Positions 18,556 through 27,710 of a DNA stretch of 35,995 bases are shown piece by piece. Below the pieces are notes generated by a model. It saw only the letters and a program-made list of their open reading frames with translations, ran no database searches and was not told the origin of the DNA. The DNA lies in sequence record SRR33789315_19, one strand, 5' to 3'. Made by a program: the position numbers and the translations under genes. Within the stretch, counting starts at the first letter, position 1. Each line of letters opens with the position of its first letter.

Positions 18556-18572
18556 TTGGCATGGGAATTGTA
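18556..18572 (+). promoter_or_regulatory. Sigma54 -24/-12 promoter of pspA
   Basis: TTGGCATGGGAATTGTA. The TTGTA -12 variant is also what I recall for the E. coli pspA promoter. Confidence 0.8.
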
Positions 18573-18635
18573 ATAAGTTAAATACTAGTCGATTTTAATA
18601 CTAGAAAACTTTTTAATTTTATTGGAGAAAACACT

Positions 18636-19295
18636 ATGGGTATGTTCACAAGAATGTCTGACATCGTTCAAGCTAACGTCAATGCCATTTTAGATAAGGC
18701 AGAAGATCCGGCGAAAATTTTAAAATTATTAGTTCAAGAAATGGAAGAAACCTTGGTTGAATTGCGTTCTGTGGCTGCATCACATTTGGCTGAGAAAAAA
18801 CGCCTACAACGTAAGTTAGATAAAACTCTTATGCAAGTATCAAGTTGGCAGGAAAAAGCGGCCCTTGCAGTAGACAAAGGACGTGAAGATCTTGCTCGAG
18901 CGGCACTCGTTGAAAAGCATCAATGTCAACAGCAACTCACTGTCTTAGAAACTGAATTACAAACTATCGAAGATTTGATCATTCAGTTGCAAGGTGACGC
19001 TGCTAAGTTACAAGAAAAATTGCAAGAAGCACGCGCTAAACAAAATTCGTTTGTGGTAAGAGAAAAGACAGTTTCGGTGCGCTTGCATGCCAGAAATAAT
19101 AGCTCAGCAGAACGCATTGATGCAGCGATAAATCGCTTTGAGCAATACGAACGTCGAATAGATGACCTTGAATCACAGGTTGATGCCTTTGATCTAACTC
19201 GCTCTGCTCAAACTTTGAATAGCCAGTTTGTTGAGTTAGAAGCACAAGACAAAATTGATCAAGAATTAGCGGCACTAAGAAAAAAAGTCGCGTAG
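18636..19295 (+). CDS. pspA: Phage shock protein A
   Basis: MGMFTRMSDIVQANVNAILDKAEDP, QEMEETLVE, WQEKA, REDLARAAL. Coiled coil, 219 aa. Confidence 0.95.
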   Translation: MGMFTRMSDIVQANVNAILDKAEDPAKILKLLVQEMEETLVELRSVAASHLAEKKRLQRKLDKTLMQVSSWQEKAALAVDKGREDLARAALVEKHQCQQQLTVLETELQTIEDLIIQLQGDAAKLQEKLQEARAKQNSFVVREKTVSVRLHARNNSSAERIDAAINRFEQYERRIDDLESQVDAFDLTRSAQTLNSQFVELEAQDKIDQELAALRKKVA

Positions 19296-19320
19296 TTAAT
19301 AACGTATGTAAACAGCTGAG

Positions 19321-19340
19321 TGGCAACCATATGGCTGCCA
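19321..19340 (+). other. Intercistronic stem-loop after pspA
   Basis: TGGCAACCATATGGCTGCCA, near-perfect palindrome with no U-tract. Confidence 0.5.
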
Positions 19341-19374
19341 ACTTTGCATAGTAAGAATGAAAGAGGAAAACAAC

Positions 19375-19575
19375 ATGAGACAGTATTTTGATGTTAATCG
19401 AGTATACAGAGACAAATACCATAGCAAAATTTCAGGGGTATGTGCTGGTTTGGCTAGACACTGGCAGCAGCCTAGATGGTTAGTCAGAGTCCTTGCGTTA
19501 CTTTGTTTATTCGTTTTACCTATGGTTTCGGTCGTTGCTTACTTCGTTGCGGCGTTATTATTACCGGCTAGGTAA
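19375..19575 (+). CDS. pspC: Minimal PspC-domain protein (66 aa)
   Basis: VYRDKYHSKISGVCAGLA...WLVRV...AYFVAALLLP, ending right after the TM segment. ATG 19375 follows GAGGA. Confidence 0.85.
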   Translation: MRQYFDVNRVYRDKYHSKISGVCAGLARHWQQPRWLVRVLALLCLFVLPMVSVVAYFVAALLLPAR

Positions 19576-19583
19576 GAATAACA

Positions 19584-19928
19584 ATGTTTAAAAATTTAAT
19601 TCTGGCCATTCTGATAGCATGCGTACTGAGCTTTTGCGCAGTTTATATTGCTATTGAGTGGTTTGATGTAAAAATTCAGTTTAATCAACATTGGGTAGAA
19701 CCTTTTATGACTGTTTTTATCATTACAGTAGTTGTTGCCATATTAGTGGTGGTGGGCTTTGTTGTGGCTCTAAGTGTGGTTGGAGCCCTTGTTTTGGGTT
19801 TGTTCGCCGCACTTTTGGGTTTATTGGTGGCGGGTGTGAGTACATTTTGGCCTGTATTACTCGCCATAATTATTATCTATTATCTGGTGAAAGACAGAAG
19901 CAGTAAACAAAAGTACAATAGCTATTAG
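19584..19928 (+). CDS. Hydrophobic membrane protein, possibly PspG-like
   Basis: 114 aa, almost entirely TM. The C-terminal FWPVLLAIIIIYYLVK plus basic tail loosely resembles PspG. Confidence 0.6.
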   Translation: MFKNLILAILIACVLSFCAVYIAIEWFDVKIQFNQHWVEPFMTVFIITVVVAILVVVGFVVALSVVGALVLGLFAALLGLLVAGVSTFWPVLLAIIIIYYLVKDRSSKQKYNSY

Positions 19929-20013
19929 TTTTTAAAATAGTTGATGAACAATTGGCAAATGAGAGTCTTTTGCTGAATAATTCTAAGCTAGTATGTCAAA
20001 CGATGGAGATACA

Positions 20014-20427
20014 ATGGGTCGCTGGATAAGCCTTTTTTGTGCGCTAACTGTGTTACATTGCCAAGCAGAAGTATTGGTAAACAATGCTCAGATTCGATTG
20101 CTCCCTCCTGGAGTACCTAATACTTCTGTTTACTTTGATATTGAGAATACCGGTGACGAAGATGTCATAATAGTTGGTGGCTCGACAGCAGTCGCTGATA
20201 GTGTTGAAATACATCGACATATAATGACCGAAGACTCAATGCGCATGGAGCGCCAAGCTGAATTAAAAATTAAACCACATAGCACTGTGACTTTTGCGCC
20301 GGGCGGTCTGCATTTGATGGTTTTCAGTTTATCTAAGCCTTTAGTTGAAGGGCAAAATGTTAGCTTAAGTCTAACAACTCAATCTGGACAATCTATCTTG
20401 TTTGACGCCAAGGTAACCAAGCCTTAA
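20014..20427 (+). CDS. Periplasmic copper chaperone PCu(A)C
   Basis: Signal peptide, PPGVPNTSVYF, EIHRH..MRM, FAPGGLHLM. Start is probably 20014 after GGAGA. Confidence 0.92.
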   Translation: MGRWISLFCALTVLHCQAEVLVNNAQIRLLPPGVPNTSVYFDIENTGDEDVIIVGGSTAVADSVEIHRHIMTEDSMRMERQAELKIKPHSTVTFAPGGLHLMVFSLSKPLVEGQNVSLSLTTQSGQSILFDAKVTKP

Positions 20428-20468
20428 CCAATTTATCAGGTTAACTACATAAGCATCAGGGGATTACA

Positions 20469-21461
20469 ATGCAACGATTTTTTCATCCAAAGTGGATAAC
20501 AGTTTACGTTATCGCTTTGACTATTATCTTGTGGATCGTATCAATCTTTTGGAGTGTAGAGCCGGATGTTTTTGAGCCCAAAGAACTCGCCTATCAACAA
20601 GCCCAACTGCGTGACGAAAAAGTAGTGCCTGGTTACGTAATGACCTCAACATTAATTGCTGTGACTGAGTCTTTACTTAATAAGTCTGGAGGCTACTTAT
20701 CTAATGACGTAATCCCTCCAAGTGTAATGATGGATGATATGCCAAGTTGGGAATTTGGCGTACTTGAAATGACGCGGGATTTGGCCTTAGCTATGCGCAA
20801 AGATTTAAGTCGCTCACAATCTCAATCAATAGAAAACCCCTTCTTAACAAAAGCACAACCCTTATTAAATAATAACCACTTAGATTGGATTTTACCCTCA
20901 GCAGAATCGCGCTACCAAGAAGCCATAGATAATCTCTATTTGTATCGTTCAAGCTTATCCGATATTAACCAAGATCAGGGACAGTTCTATGCACGCGCTG
21001 ATAATTTGCGTGATTGGTTAAAGCAGATTGAAAAACGTTTAGGCAGTATGTCACAGCGACTTAGCGCCAGTGTTGGACAAGATCGTTTAGATACCAGTTT
21101 GGCCGGTGATGCCCAAGCTACACAATCTACCCCTACTGCAAAACAATTAGTCGACAAGACCAGTTGGTGGCAGTTAGATGATACTTTCTATGAAGCTAGG
21201 GGGGCAAGTTGGGCCTTATTGCATTTCCTCAAAGCCGTTGAAGCTGACTTTGCTGACGTGCTGGAAAAGAAAAATGCGCGCATCAGCTTGCAACAGATTA
21301 TTCGTGAATTAGAAGCCACTCAGGATCCTATCTGGAGTCCATTCATTTTAAATGGCAGTGGTTTCGGCTTATTGGCTAATCATTCTCTAGTCATGGCGAA
21401 CTATATTTCTCGGGCGAATGCCGCTTTACTTGAACTGACTGAACTTTTAAATCAAGGTTAA
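20469..21461 (+). CDS. DUF2333-family membrane-anchored protein
   Basis: N-terminal TM, KSGGYLSND, DDMPSWEFG, SRSQSQS, DDTFYEARG, NHSLVMANYISRANAA. Confidence 0.85.
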   Translation: MQRFFHPKWITVYVIALTIILWIVSIFWSVEPDVFEPKELAYQQAQLRDEKVVPGYVMTSTLIAVTESLLNKSGGYLSNDVIPPSVMMDDMPSWEFGVLEMTRDLALAMRKDLSRSQSQSIENPFLTKAQPLLNNNHLDWILPSAESRYQEAIDNLYLYRSSLSDINQDQGQFYARADNLRDWLKQIEKRLGSMSQRLSASVGQDRLDTSLAGDAQATQSTPTAKQLVDKTSWWQLDDTFYEARGASWALLHFLKAVEADFADVLEKKNARISLQQIIRELEATQDPIWSPFILNGSGFGLLANHSLVMANYISRANAALLELTELLNQG

Positions 21462-21465
21462 TATA

Positions 21466-22224
21466 ATGAAGAAACATGCAATATCAATCGGAATGGTCTC
21501 TCTATTCACATGCTTCAGCAGCCAAGCTGACATGTTGTTGGGATTGTATGCAGGAGCACAGGGATGGAACATGGAAAGCCAAGGTGGTTTTTCTAATGAT
21601 GGCTCAAACCTCGATTTTAACTTTAAAGACAAGACTAAAACGAATTTTTATGTTGCCTTAGAACACCCTATTCCTCTTGTGCCTAATATTAAGCTGCAAA
21701 GAACTAACATGGACACTTCTGGGAACGTGTTACTTAACAGTACTTTCGAATTTGGTGGCGAAATTTTCTCTGCTGCTACGCCAGTACTTACAGACGTCAA
21801 ATTAACCTCCACAGATACCATTTTATATTACGAGTTGTTCGACAATGATCTGCTTAGCTTTGATGTGGGTGTTAATGCTAAGTATCTCGATGGTGAATTA
21901 TTTGTGGTTGACAAAGAAGATCCTAGTAATACAGGAAGAGAGGAATTTTCAGGTATCGTTCCCATGCTTTATTCCAGAGTGGCATTCGGTATTCCTACAA
22001 CGGGTTTTGGGGCATTTTTCGAAGGCAGTTACTTAAGCTTTGATGATCAACAACTGACAGATTATCAAGCAGCAATTACTTATAGTCTGATGGAAAATTT
22101 GGCAATCGATGTAACCCTTCAATTGGGGTATCGGTCGGTTAAGCTAGAATTAGATGACCTTGATGGGATCTATTCAAATTTAGATTTTAAAGGTGCTTTT
22201 GCAGGCGTAGAAGTTCATTTTTAA
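21466..22224 (+). CDS. TIGR04219-family outer-membrane beta-barrel protein
   Basis: Signal peptide, EHPIPLVPNIK, LYYELFDND, C-terminal GVEVHF (BAM-type terminal Phe). Confidence 0.85.
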   Translation: MKKHAISIGMVSLFTCFSSQADMLLGLYAGAQGWNMESQGGFSNDGSNLDFNFKDKTKTNFYVALEHPIPLVPNIKLQRTNMDTSGNVLLNSTFEFGGEIFSAATPVLTDVKLTSTDTILYYELFDNDLLSFDVGVNAKYLDGELFVVDKEDPSNTGREEFSGIVPMLYSRVAFGIPTTGFGAFFEGSYLSFDDQQLTDYQAAITYSLMENLAIDVTLQLGYRSVKLELDDLDGIYSNLDFKGAFAGVEVHF

Positions 22225-22323
22225 TCATTCAGGCTTTTAAGTAATAAAAAATTAGTATTTATTCTTTCCTGTTATGAACATAAATCGTTAACCTGACAAA
22301 GTATCAATAACGGTTAGCGATTT

Positions 22324-24120
22324 ATGTCTTCTCAAAATTCAAATGTAACAGTCAGTCTTACTGAACAGCAATGGTCACTTGTTAATCAAGTTGTACCCTC
22401 GTTAAATTCGTCCCAACTTACTTGGTTAAGTGGTTATTTAGCGGGTCTAGCACAGTCGGGACAAGTAGCAGAGCCTGTAGCCGTTAGTTCAGCCAGCGCT
22501 AAACAATTAACCATTCTGTACGGCTCTCAAACTGGCAATGCCAAATCTGTTGCCGTTGAATTTAAGGCCAAGTTAGAAGCCAAAAATATACCGGTAACTC
22601 TGCTTAATATGGCTGATTATAAAGCCAAGCAGTTAAAGTCAGAAACGCATTTAGTTGCCATTGTGAGCACTCATGGCGAAGGCGATGCACCAGACGATGC
22701 CGTTGAATTACATGAGTTTTTGGCCAGCAAAAAAGCCTCTAAGCTGCCTGAGTTAAAATTTGCTGTGTTAGGTTTAGGCGACAGCAGTTACGAATTTTTC
22801 TGTCAAACAGGTAAAGATTTTGACGCACGTTTAGCTGATCTGGGGGCAATTCGCATCACTGAACGTGTTGACTGTGACGTTGATTATGATGATGCAAGTC
22901 AGTTGTGGTTTGATGCGGTGATGGCTAAAATTGCTGATGATTTATTACAGACTAATGCCCCTGCGTCAGCTACGAAAGTGGCGCTGAGCGCTAGTAGTAC
23001 TCCTAGTGTTTTCAACAAAAAGAATCCGTTTAAGGCTACTTTAGTTGAAAGTCAAAGAATAACCGGCCGAGATTCGGTAAAAGATATTCGGCACATTGAA
23101 ATTTCCTTAGAAGATTCAGGGCTTCAATATCAGCCTGGTGATGCATTGGGTGTTTGGTTTAAAAACGATGGGGGAATTGTTGATGAGTTACTTCAACTTC
23201 TATCTATAGAACCGGCTGAATCAGTGGATATTGCAGGGGATACATTGACTATTCATGAGGCCCTAGTCAATCAGTTTGAACTAACTCAAAGTTATCCTAC
23301 CTTTGTTAATGCTTATGCAGAATTTACTCATAACGAAAAGCTCAAAGAGTTGGCGAGCAATAAAGAATTCTTACGCGGCTATTTAGCTGAACATCAAATT
23401 ATTGATATTGTGAGAGAATTCCCTGCCTCTCTATCCGCTTCGCAGTTATTAGGGTGTTTACGTAAAATTACCCCACGATTGTATTCAATAGCGTCGAGTC
23501 AGGATGAAGTGGAAGATGAGGTGCATTTGACGGTTGCTTTATTGCAATATGAAACTAAGGGTGAAATACGTCAGGGCGGCGCATCTAGCTTCTTGTCGAC
23601 TCGTTTAGAAACAGGTGGCGAAGTAGAAGTGTTTGTTGAGCATAATAATAACTTTCGTTTACCTGAAAATCCTGATACCGATGTCATTATGATTGGTCCA
23701 GGAACTGGCATCGCACCATTTAGGGCGTTTATGCAACAACGTCAGGTGGATGAAGCTAATGGCAAAAACTGGCTGTTTTTTGGTAATCCAAACTATACAC
23801 AAGACTTTTTGTATCAGACAGAATGGCAACGCTTTGCCAAAGATGGCGTATTGCACAAAGTCACCCTAGCGTTTTCTCGTGACCAAGAACAGAAAATCTA
23901 TGTTCAGCACCGAATCAAAGAAAATGGTGCAGAGTTATTTGCATGGCTTGAAAAAGGCGCACACCTTTATGTATGTGGTGATGCTAACCGTATGGCCAAA
24001 GATGTGCATGATGCACTGCTTGCAATTGTAGTTGAATTTGGTGGTAAAACTGCTGAAGAGGCAGAACACTATTTGACTGATTTAAGACGTGCTAAACGCT
24101 ATCAGAAGGACGTTTACTAA
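22324..24120 (+). CDS. cysJ: Assimilatory sulfite reductase flavoprotein subunit
   Basis: [45 protein letters not shown]. Confidence 0.97.
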   Translation: MSSQNSNVTVSLTEQQWSLVNQVVPSLNSSQLTWLSGYLAGLAQSGQVAEPVAVSSASAKQLTILYGSQTGNAKSVAVEFKAKLEAKNIPVTLLNMADYKAKQLKSETHLVAIVSTHGEGDAPDDAVELHEFLASKKASKLPELKFAVLGLGDSSYEFFCQTGKDFDARLADLGAIRITERVDCDVDYDDASQLWFDAVMAKIADDLLQTNAPASATKVALSASSTPSVFNKKNPFKATLVESQRITGRDSVKDIRHIEISLEDSGLQYQPGDALGVWFKNDGGIVDELLQLLSIEPAESVDIAGDTLTIHEALVNQFELTQSYPTFVNAYAEFTHNEKLKELASNKEFLRGYLAEHQIIDIVREFPASLSASQLLGCLRKITPRLYSIASSQDEVEDEVHLTVALLQYETKGEIRQGGASSFLSTRLETGGEVEVFVEHNNNFRLPENPDTDVIMIGPGTGIAPFRAFMQQRQVDEANGKNWLFFGNPNYTQDFLYQTEWQRFAKDGVLHKVTLAFSRDQEQKIYVQHRIKENGAELFAWLEKGAHLYVCGDANRMAKDVHDALLAIVVEFGGKTAEEAEHYLTDLRRAKRYQKDVY

Positions 24121-25832
24121 TGAGCACTGACACAAATAAATTTACCGTTGAAGGTAAATTGGCCGACAATGAACGCTTAAAAACAGACAGTAATTTTTTG
24201 CGCGGTACCATTGAGCAAGATCTACAAGATGACCTAACGGGGGCTTTTGTCGGTGATAATTTTCAATTGATCCGTTTTCATGGGATGTATCAGCAAGACG
24301 ACCGAGATTTACGCGCTGAGCGGGCTAAACAAAAATTAGAACCCTTGCAAAATGTTATGTTAAGAGCCCGTCTGCCAGGGGGGATTATCACCCCACAACA
24401 ATGGTTGGCGATAGATAAGTTTGCCGAAGAAAAAAGCTTATACGGCAGTATCAGATTAACTACCCGCCAAACATTTCAGTTTCACGGCGTGTTAAAGCCA
24501 AATATTAAACTTATGCATCAAACCCTAAATGAAGTGGGTATTGATTCGATAGCGACCGCTGGAGACGTGAATCGAAATGTACTGTGTACATCGAATCCTA
24601 TCGAGTCGAAAGTCCATCAAGATGCTTATGAATGGGCTAAAAAAATTAGTGAGCATTTGCTGCCCAAAACTCGCGCCTACGCAGAAATTTGGTTAGATGG
24701 TGAAAAATTGGAAACCACCGACCAAGAGCCTATTTTAGGCAGTACTTATTTGCCACGTAAATTTAAAACGACAGTGGTTATTCCACCGCAAAATGACGTT
24801 GATGTGCATGCCAACGACCTCAACTTCGTTGCCATTGCAGAAAATGGTGAATTAATCGGTTTTAACGTATTAGTCGGTGGCGGATTGGCTATGACTCACG
24901 GCGATAAAACCACCTATCCGCGTAAAGCAGATGACTTTGGCTTTATTGATTTGAAAGATACGCTTGCCATTGCCGAGGCGGTGGTGACTACGCAACGTGA
25001 CTGGGGTAACCGAGTCAATCGAAAAAATGCTAAGACAAAATATACCCTTGAACGAGTTGGAGTTGAAAACTTTAAAGCAGAAGTTGAAGTGCGGGCAGGT
25101 GTTAAATTTGCAGTTAGTAAGCCTTATGAGTTTACTGAGCGGGGCGACCGTATTGGCTGGGTTGAAGGTGTTGATAATAAATTTCACTTAACTTTATTCA
25201 TCGAAAATGGCCGTATATTGGATTATCCCGGCAAAACCTTAAAAACAGGTTGTGCGGAGATTGCTAAAATTCATCCTGGTGATTTTCGACTCACTGCGAA
25301 TCAGAATTTGATAGTCGCTGGTGTGCCATTGAAGCTAAAAGAAAAAATTGAACAGCTAGCCCGTCAGCATGGTTTGATGTCTGACAATGTGAGTGAGCAA
25401 CGTAAAAATTCAATGGCTTGTGTATCTTTACCAACTTGCCCTTTAGCCATGGCGGAAGCAGAGCGCTATTTGCCAGATGCCGTGACTCAGATTGAAGGCT
25501 TATTGGCTAAACATAAGATGAGCGATGAGAACATTATATATCGAGTCACTGGCTGCCCTAATGGTTGTGGTCGTGCGATGTTGGCTGAGGTGGGTTTAGT
25601 AGGTAAAGGCCCCGGTAAGTATAACTTCCACCTAGGGGGCAACCGACAAGGAACCCGCATTCCTAAAATGTATCAGGAAAACATCAGTGAACAGCAAATT
25701 ATGACTGAACTCGATACCTTGATTGGTCGCTGGGCTACAGAGCGTGAACCTAAAGAAGCCTTTGGTGATTTTGTTATCAGGGCAGGCATTATTGCGCCAG
25801 TAGTTGATTCAGCTAAGGATTTTTATGCCTAA
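24120..25832 (+). CDS. cysI: Assimilatory sulfite reductase hemoprotein subunit
   Basis: [18 protein letters not shown], siroheme/4Fe-4S ligands MACVSLPTC...TGCPNGC. Confidence 0.97.
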   Translation: MSTDTNKFTVEGKLADNERLKTDSNFLRGTIEQDLQDDLTGAFVGDNFQLIRFHGMYQQDDRDLRAERAKQKLEPLQNVMLRARLPGGIITPQQWLAIDKFAEEKSLYGSIRLTTRQTFQFHGVLKPNIKLMHQTLNEVGIDSIATAGDVNRNVLCTSNPIESKVHQDAYEWAKKISEHLLPKTRAYAEIWLDGEKLETTDQEPILGSTYLPRKFKTTVVIPPQNDVDVHANDLNFVAIAENGELIGFNVLVGGGLAMTHGDKTTYPRKADDFGFIDLKDTLAIAEAVVTTQRDWGNRVNRKNAKTKYTLERVGVENFKAEVEVRAGVKFAVSKPYEFTERGDRIGWVEGVDNKFHLTLFIENGRILDYPGKTLKTGCAEIAKIHPGDFRLTANQNLIVAGVPLKLKEKIEQLARQHGLMSDNVSEQRKNSMACVSLPTCPLAMAEAERYLPDAVTQIEGLLAKHKMSDENIIYRVTGCPNGCGRAMLAEVGLVGKGPGKYNFHLGGNRQGTRIPKMYQENISEQQIMTELDTLIGRWATEREPKEAFGDFVIRAGIIAPVVDSAKDFYA

Positions 25833-26589
25833 GGCAATAGAAAATTCTTCTCCTACAGTCACTACAGCCCCTGCATTAGCAGATATTGGTGGTGAAGAAT
25901 CATTGGCTGAAGTTAATGCTAGGTTAGAAAAAGCCACTGCTGAGCAAAGGGTAAGCTGGGGTTTGGAACATCTTCCTGGTAACTTTATGCTTTCATCTAG
26001 CTTTGGCGCTCAGGCTGCGGTGATGTTGCACTTAATTACCCGACAACAGCCTGATATTCCAGTAGTGCTGACTGATACTGGTTACCTTTTTCCTGAAACC
26101 TATCAATTTATTGACGAATTGACAGACAGACTTAAGCTTAATTTAAAAGTATATAGGGCTGAGATGACACCCGCGTGGCAGGAAGCACGCTTTGGTCGAC
26201 TATGGGAGAAAGGTTTAGATGGCATTGAACAATATAATAATCTGAATAAAGTTGAGCCTATGCAGCAAGCTTTAAAAGATTTGTCAGTGAATACTTGGTT
26301 TGCAGGTTTACGCCGCAGTCAGTCTGATATGCGAGAAACGTTACCGGTCATTCAAAGACTAAAAAATCAGTATAAAATGTACCCAATAATAAATTGGAGT
26401 AATAAAGAAATTCATTACTACTTGAAAGAACATAATCTTCCATATCATCCATTGTGGGAAAAAGGCTATGTATCGATTGGTGATTGGCATACAACTCGTT
26501 CACTTGAAGAAGGTATGAATGAGCAAGATACCCGCTTTTTCGGCATGAAGCGCGAATGTGGTTTACATGAATTTGGCGATGGTATTTAA
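25825..26589 (+). CDS. cysH: PAPS reductase (thioredoxin-dependent, no Fe-S cysteine motif)
   Basis: [25 protein letters not shown] without CC, GYVSIGD, ECGLH. ATG 25825 overlaps the cysI stop. Confidence 0.95.
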   Translation: MPKAIENSSPTVTTAPALADIGGEESLAEVNARLEKATAEQRVSWGLEHLPGNFMLSSSFGAQAAVMLHLITRQQPDIPVVLTDTGYLFPETYQFIDELTDRLKLNLKVYRAEMTPAWQEARFGRLWEKGLDGIEQYNNLNKVEPMQQALKDLSVNTWFAGLRRSQSDMRETLPVIQRLKNQYKMYPIINWSNKEIHYYLKEHNLPYHPLWEKGYVSIGDWHTTRSLEEGMNEQDTRFFGMKRECGLHEFGDGI

Positions 26590-26621
26590 AGTTAAATAGA
26601 TTCAAATCTTCTTTAAAGTAG

Positions 26622-27515
26622 TTAACTGATAGTAAATGCTGCGGAGAGAGTTTGTTTTAGTGCGGCAACGTAGTTGTCTTGTTTGTGACTGCTGACCAGT
26701 TTACTTAATTCAGCTCCGGTGTTAGTAAACTTAAAATAAACCCAAGTAATACCATTGTGTTTAGGCGCGAAGTTTAGAATGTGGCCAGATACTCGCCATT
26801 CGTTGCTGACATTTGCCTCTAGTTCCCCAGATTCTATCTCACTGTGATGGATGAGTCCCAGATCCATTAAGGCTAATAAGTTGGGATAGCTTAAACCAAA
26901 ATGCGCCAAATTCAATTGGCGTTCTGTATTTGCTGAAAATAGCGACCAAATGGATTTTTTTCGATAGTAACCAACTATGAGGCGAGGGTAAGAGTCACCT
27001 TTACTTCTGCTGGCTAAACTGACGGCATGGCGAAAAACATTCGCGTCTTTTTGAGTGAGGCTTTTTAGCAAATTCAATGTTTGTAAGGAAAAACTGCCTG
27101 GTTTATTACTTTCGACCGCAAATATTTTCCCCCATAATTTTTGCATCGACTGAGAATGAATTTGCTCGGCCATGTTGATGAAATTAAAAAACCAATCAGG
27201 ATCTAAGTCTTCTGATTGACCATCATCCACACAAAAGTCCAAAGCTTTGGTTAAAATGCTTTCGAGATTAGCAATTTTACGACTTTCAGATAGCTTATAT
27301 TTTTGAGTGATTTTCTCTTCTATGGATAGTCTAGTTTTACTGGTGTAGCCACTAAAGATACCAATTTGTGAAAACCAGCGTGAAATTCGTTCAGAACCGG
27401 CCTGCTTATCCAGTTTATCTGCAGTTTCTGGGATATTATCAATTTTAGTCTTTTGATTTGTTTGCGTAATCCCTGACTTTAACTCAGGATAACGCCCAGG
27501 GCCTTCTACCTTCAT
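26622..27515 (-). CDS. TIGR03899/DUF2806-family protein
   Basis: NLESIL, LDPDWF, MQKLWGKIFAVE, PGSFSL. Confidence 0.8.
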   Translation of the reverse strand: MKVEGPGRYPELKSGITQTNQKTKIDNIPETADKLDKQAGSERISRWFSQIGIFSGYTSKTRLSIEEKITQKYKLSESRKIANLESILTKALDFCVDDGQSEDLDPDWFFNFINMAEQIHSQSMQKLWGKIFAVESNKPGSFSLQTLNLLKSLTQKDANVFRHAVSLASRSKGDSYPRLIVGYYRKKSIWSLFSANTERQLNLAHFGLSYPNLLALMDLGLIHHSEIESGELEANVSNEWRVSGHILNFAPKHNGITWVYFKFTNTGAELSKLVSSHKQDNYVAALKQTLSAAFTIS

Positions 27516-27710
27516 GCTATGTCCCTTAACTGTTTTATAAATTTATTATGCATATCAAATTTTTACCACATAATAATTGTTGTATATGCAGATTTATATA
27601 AACTTTACCACTGATCGTGGATTGACGCTTTTTCTAGTACCATTATTGCGTTAATGTTAAATAAATAGTAGTTGAAAATTATTGGCACTTTTGAGGGCGT
27701 CAGAGAAAAT

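Noticed and set aside
22225-22323. Possible CysB site upstream of cysJ
   Set aside because: AT-rich and plausible, but the CysB consensus is too degenerate to place from sequence alone.
27682-27698. TTGGCAC upstream of the EAL gene
   Set aside because: No -12 TTGC at the required spacing.
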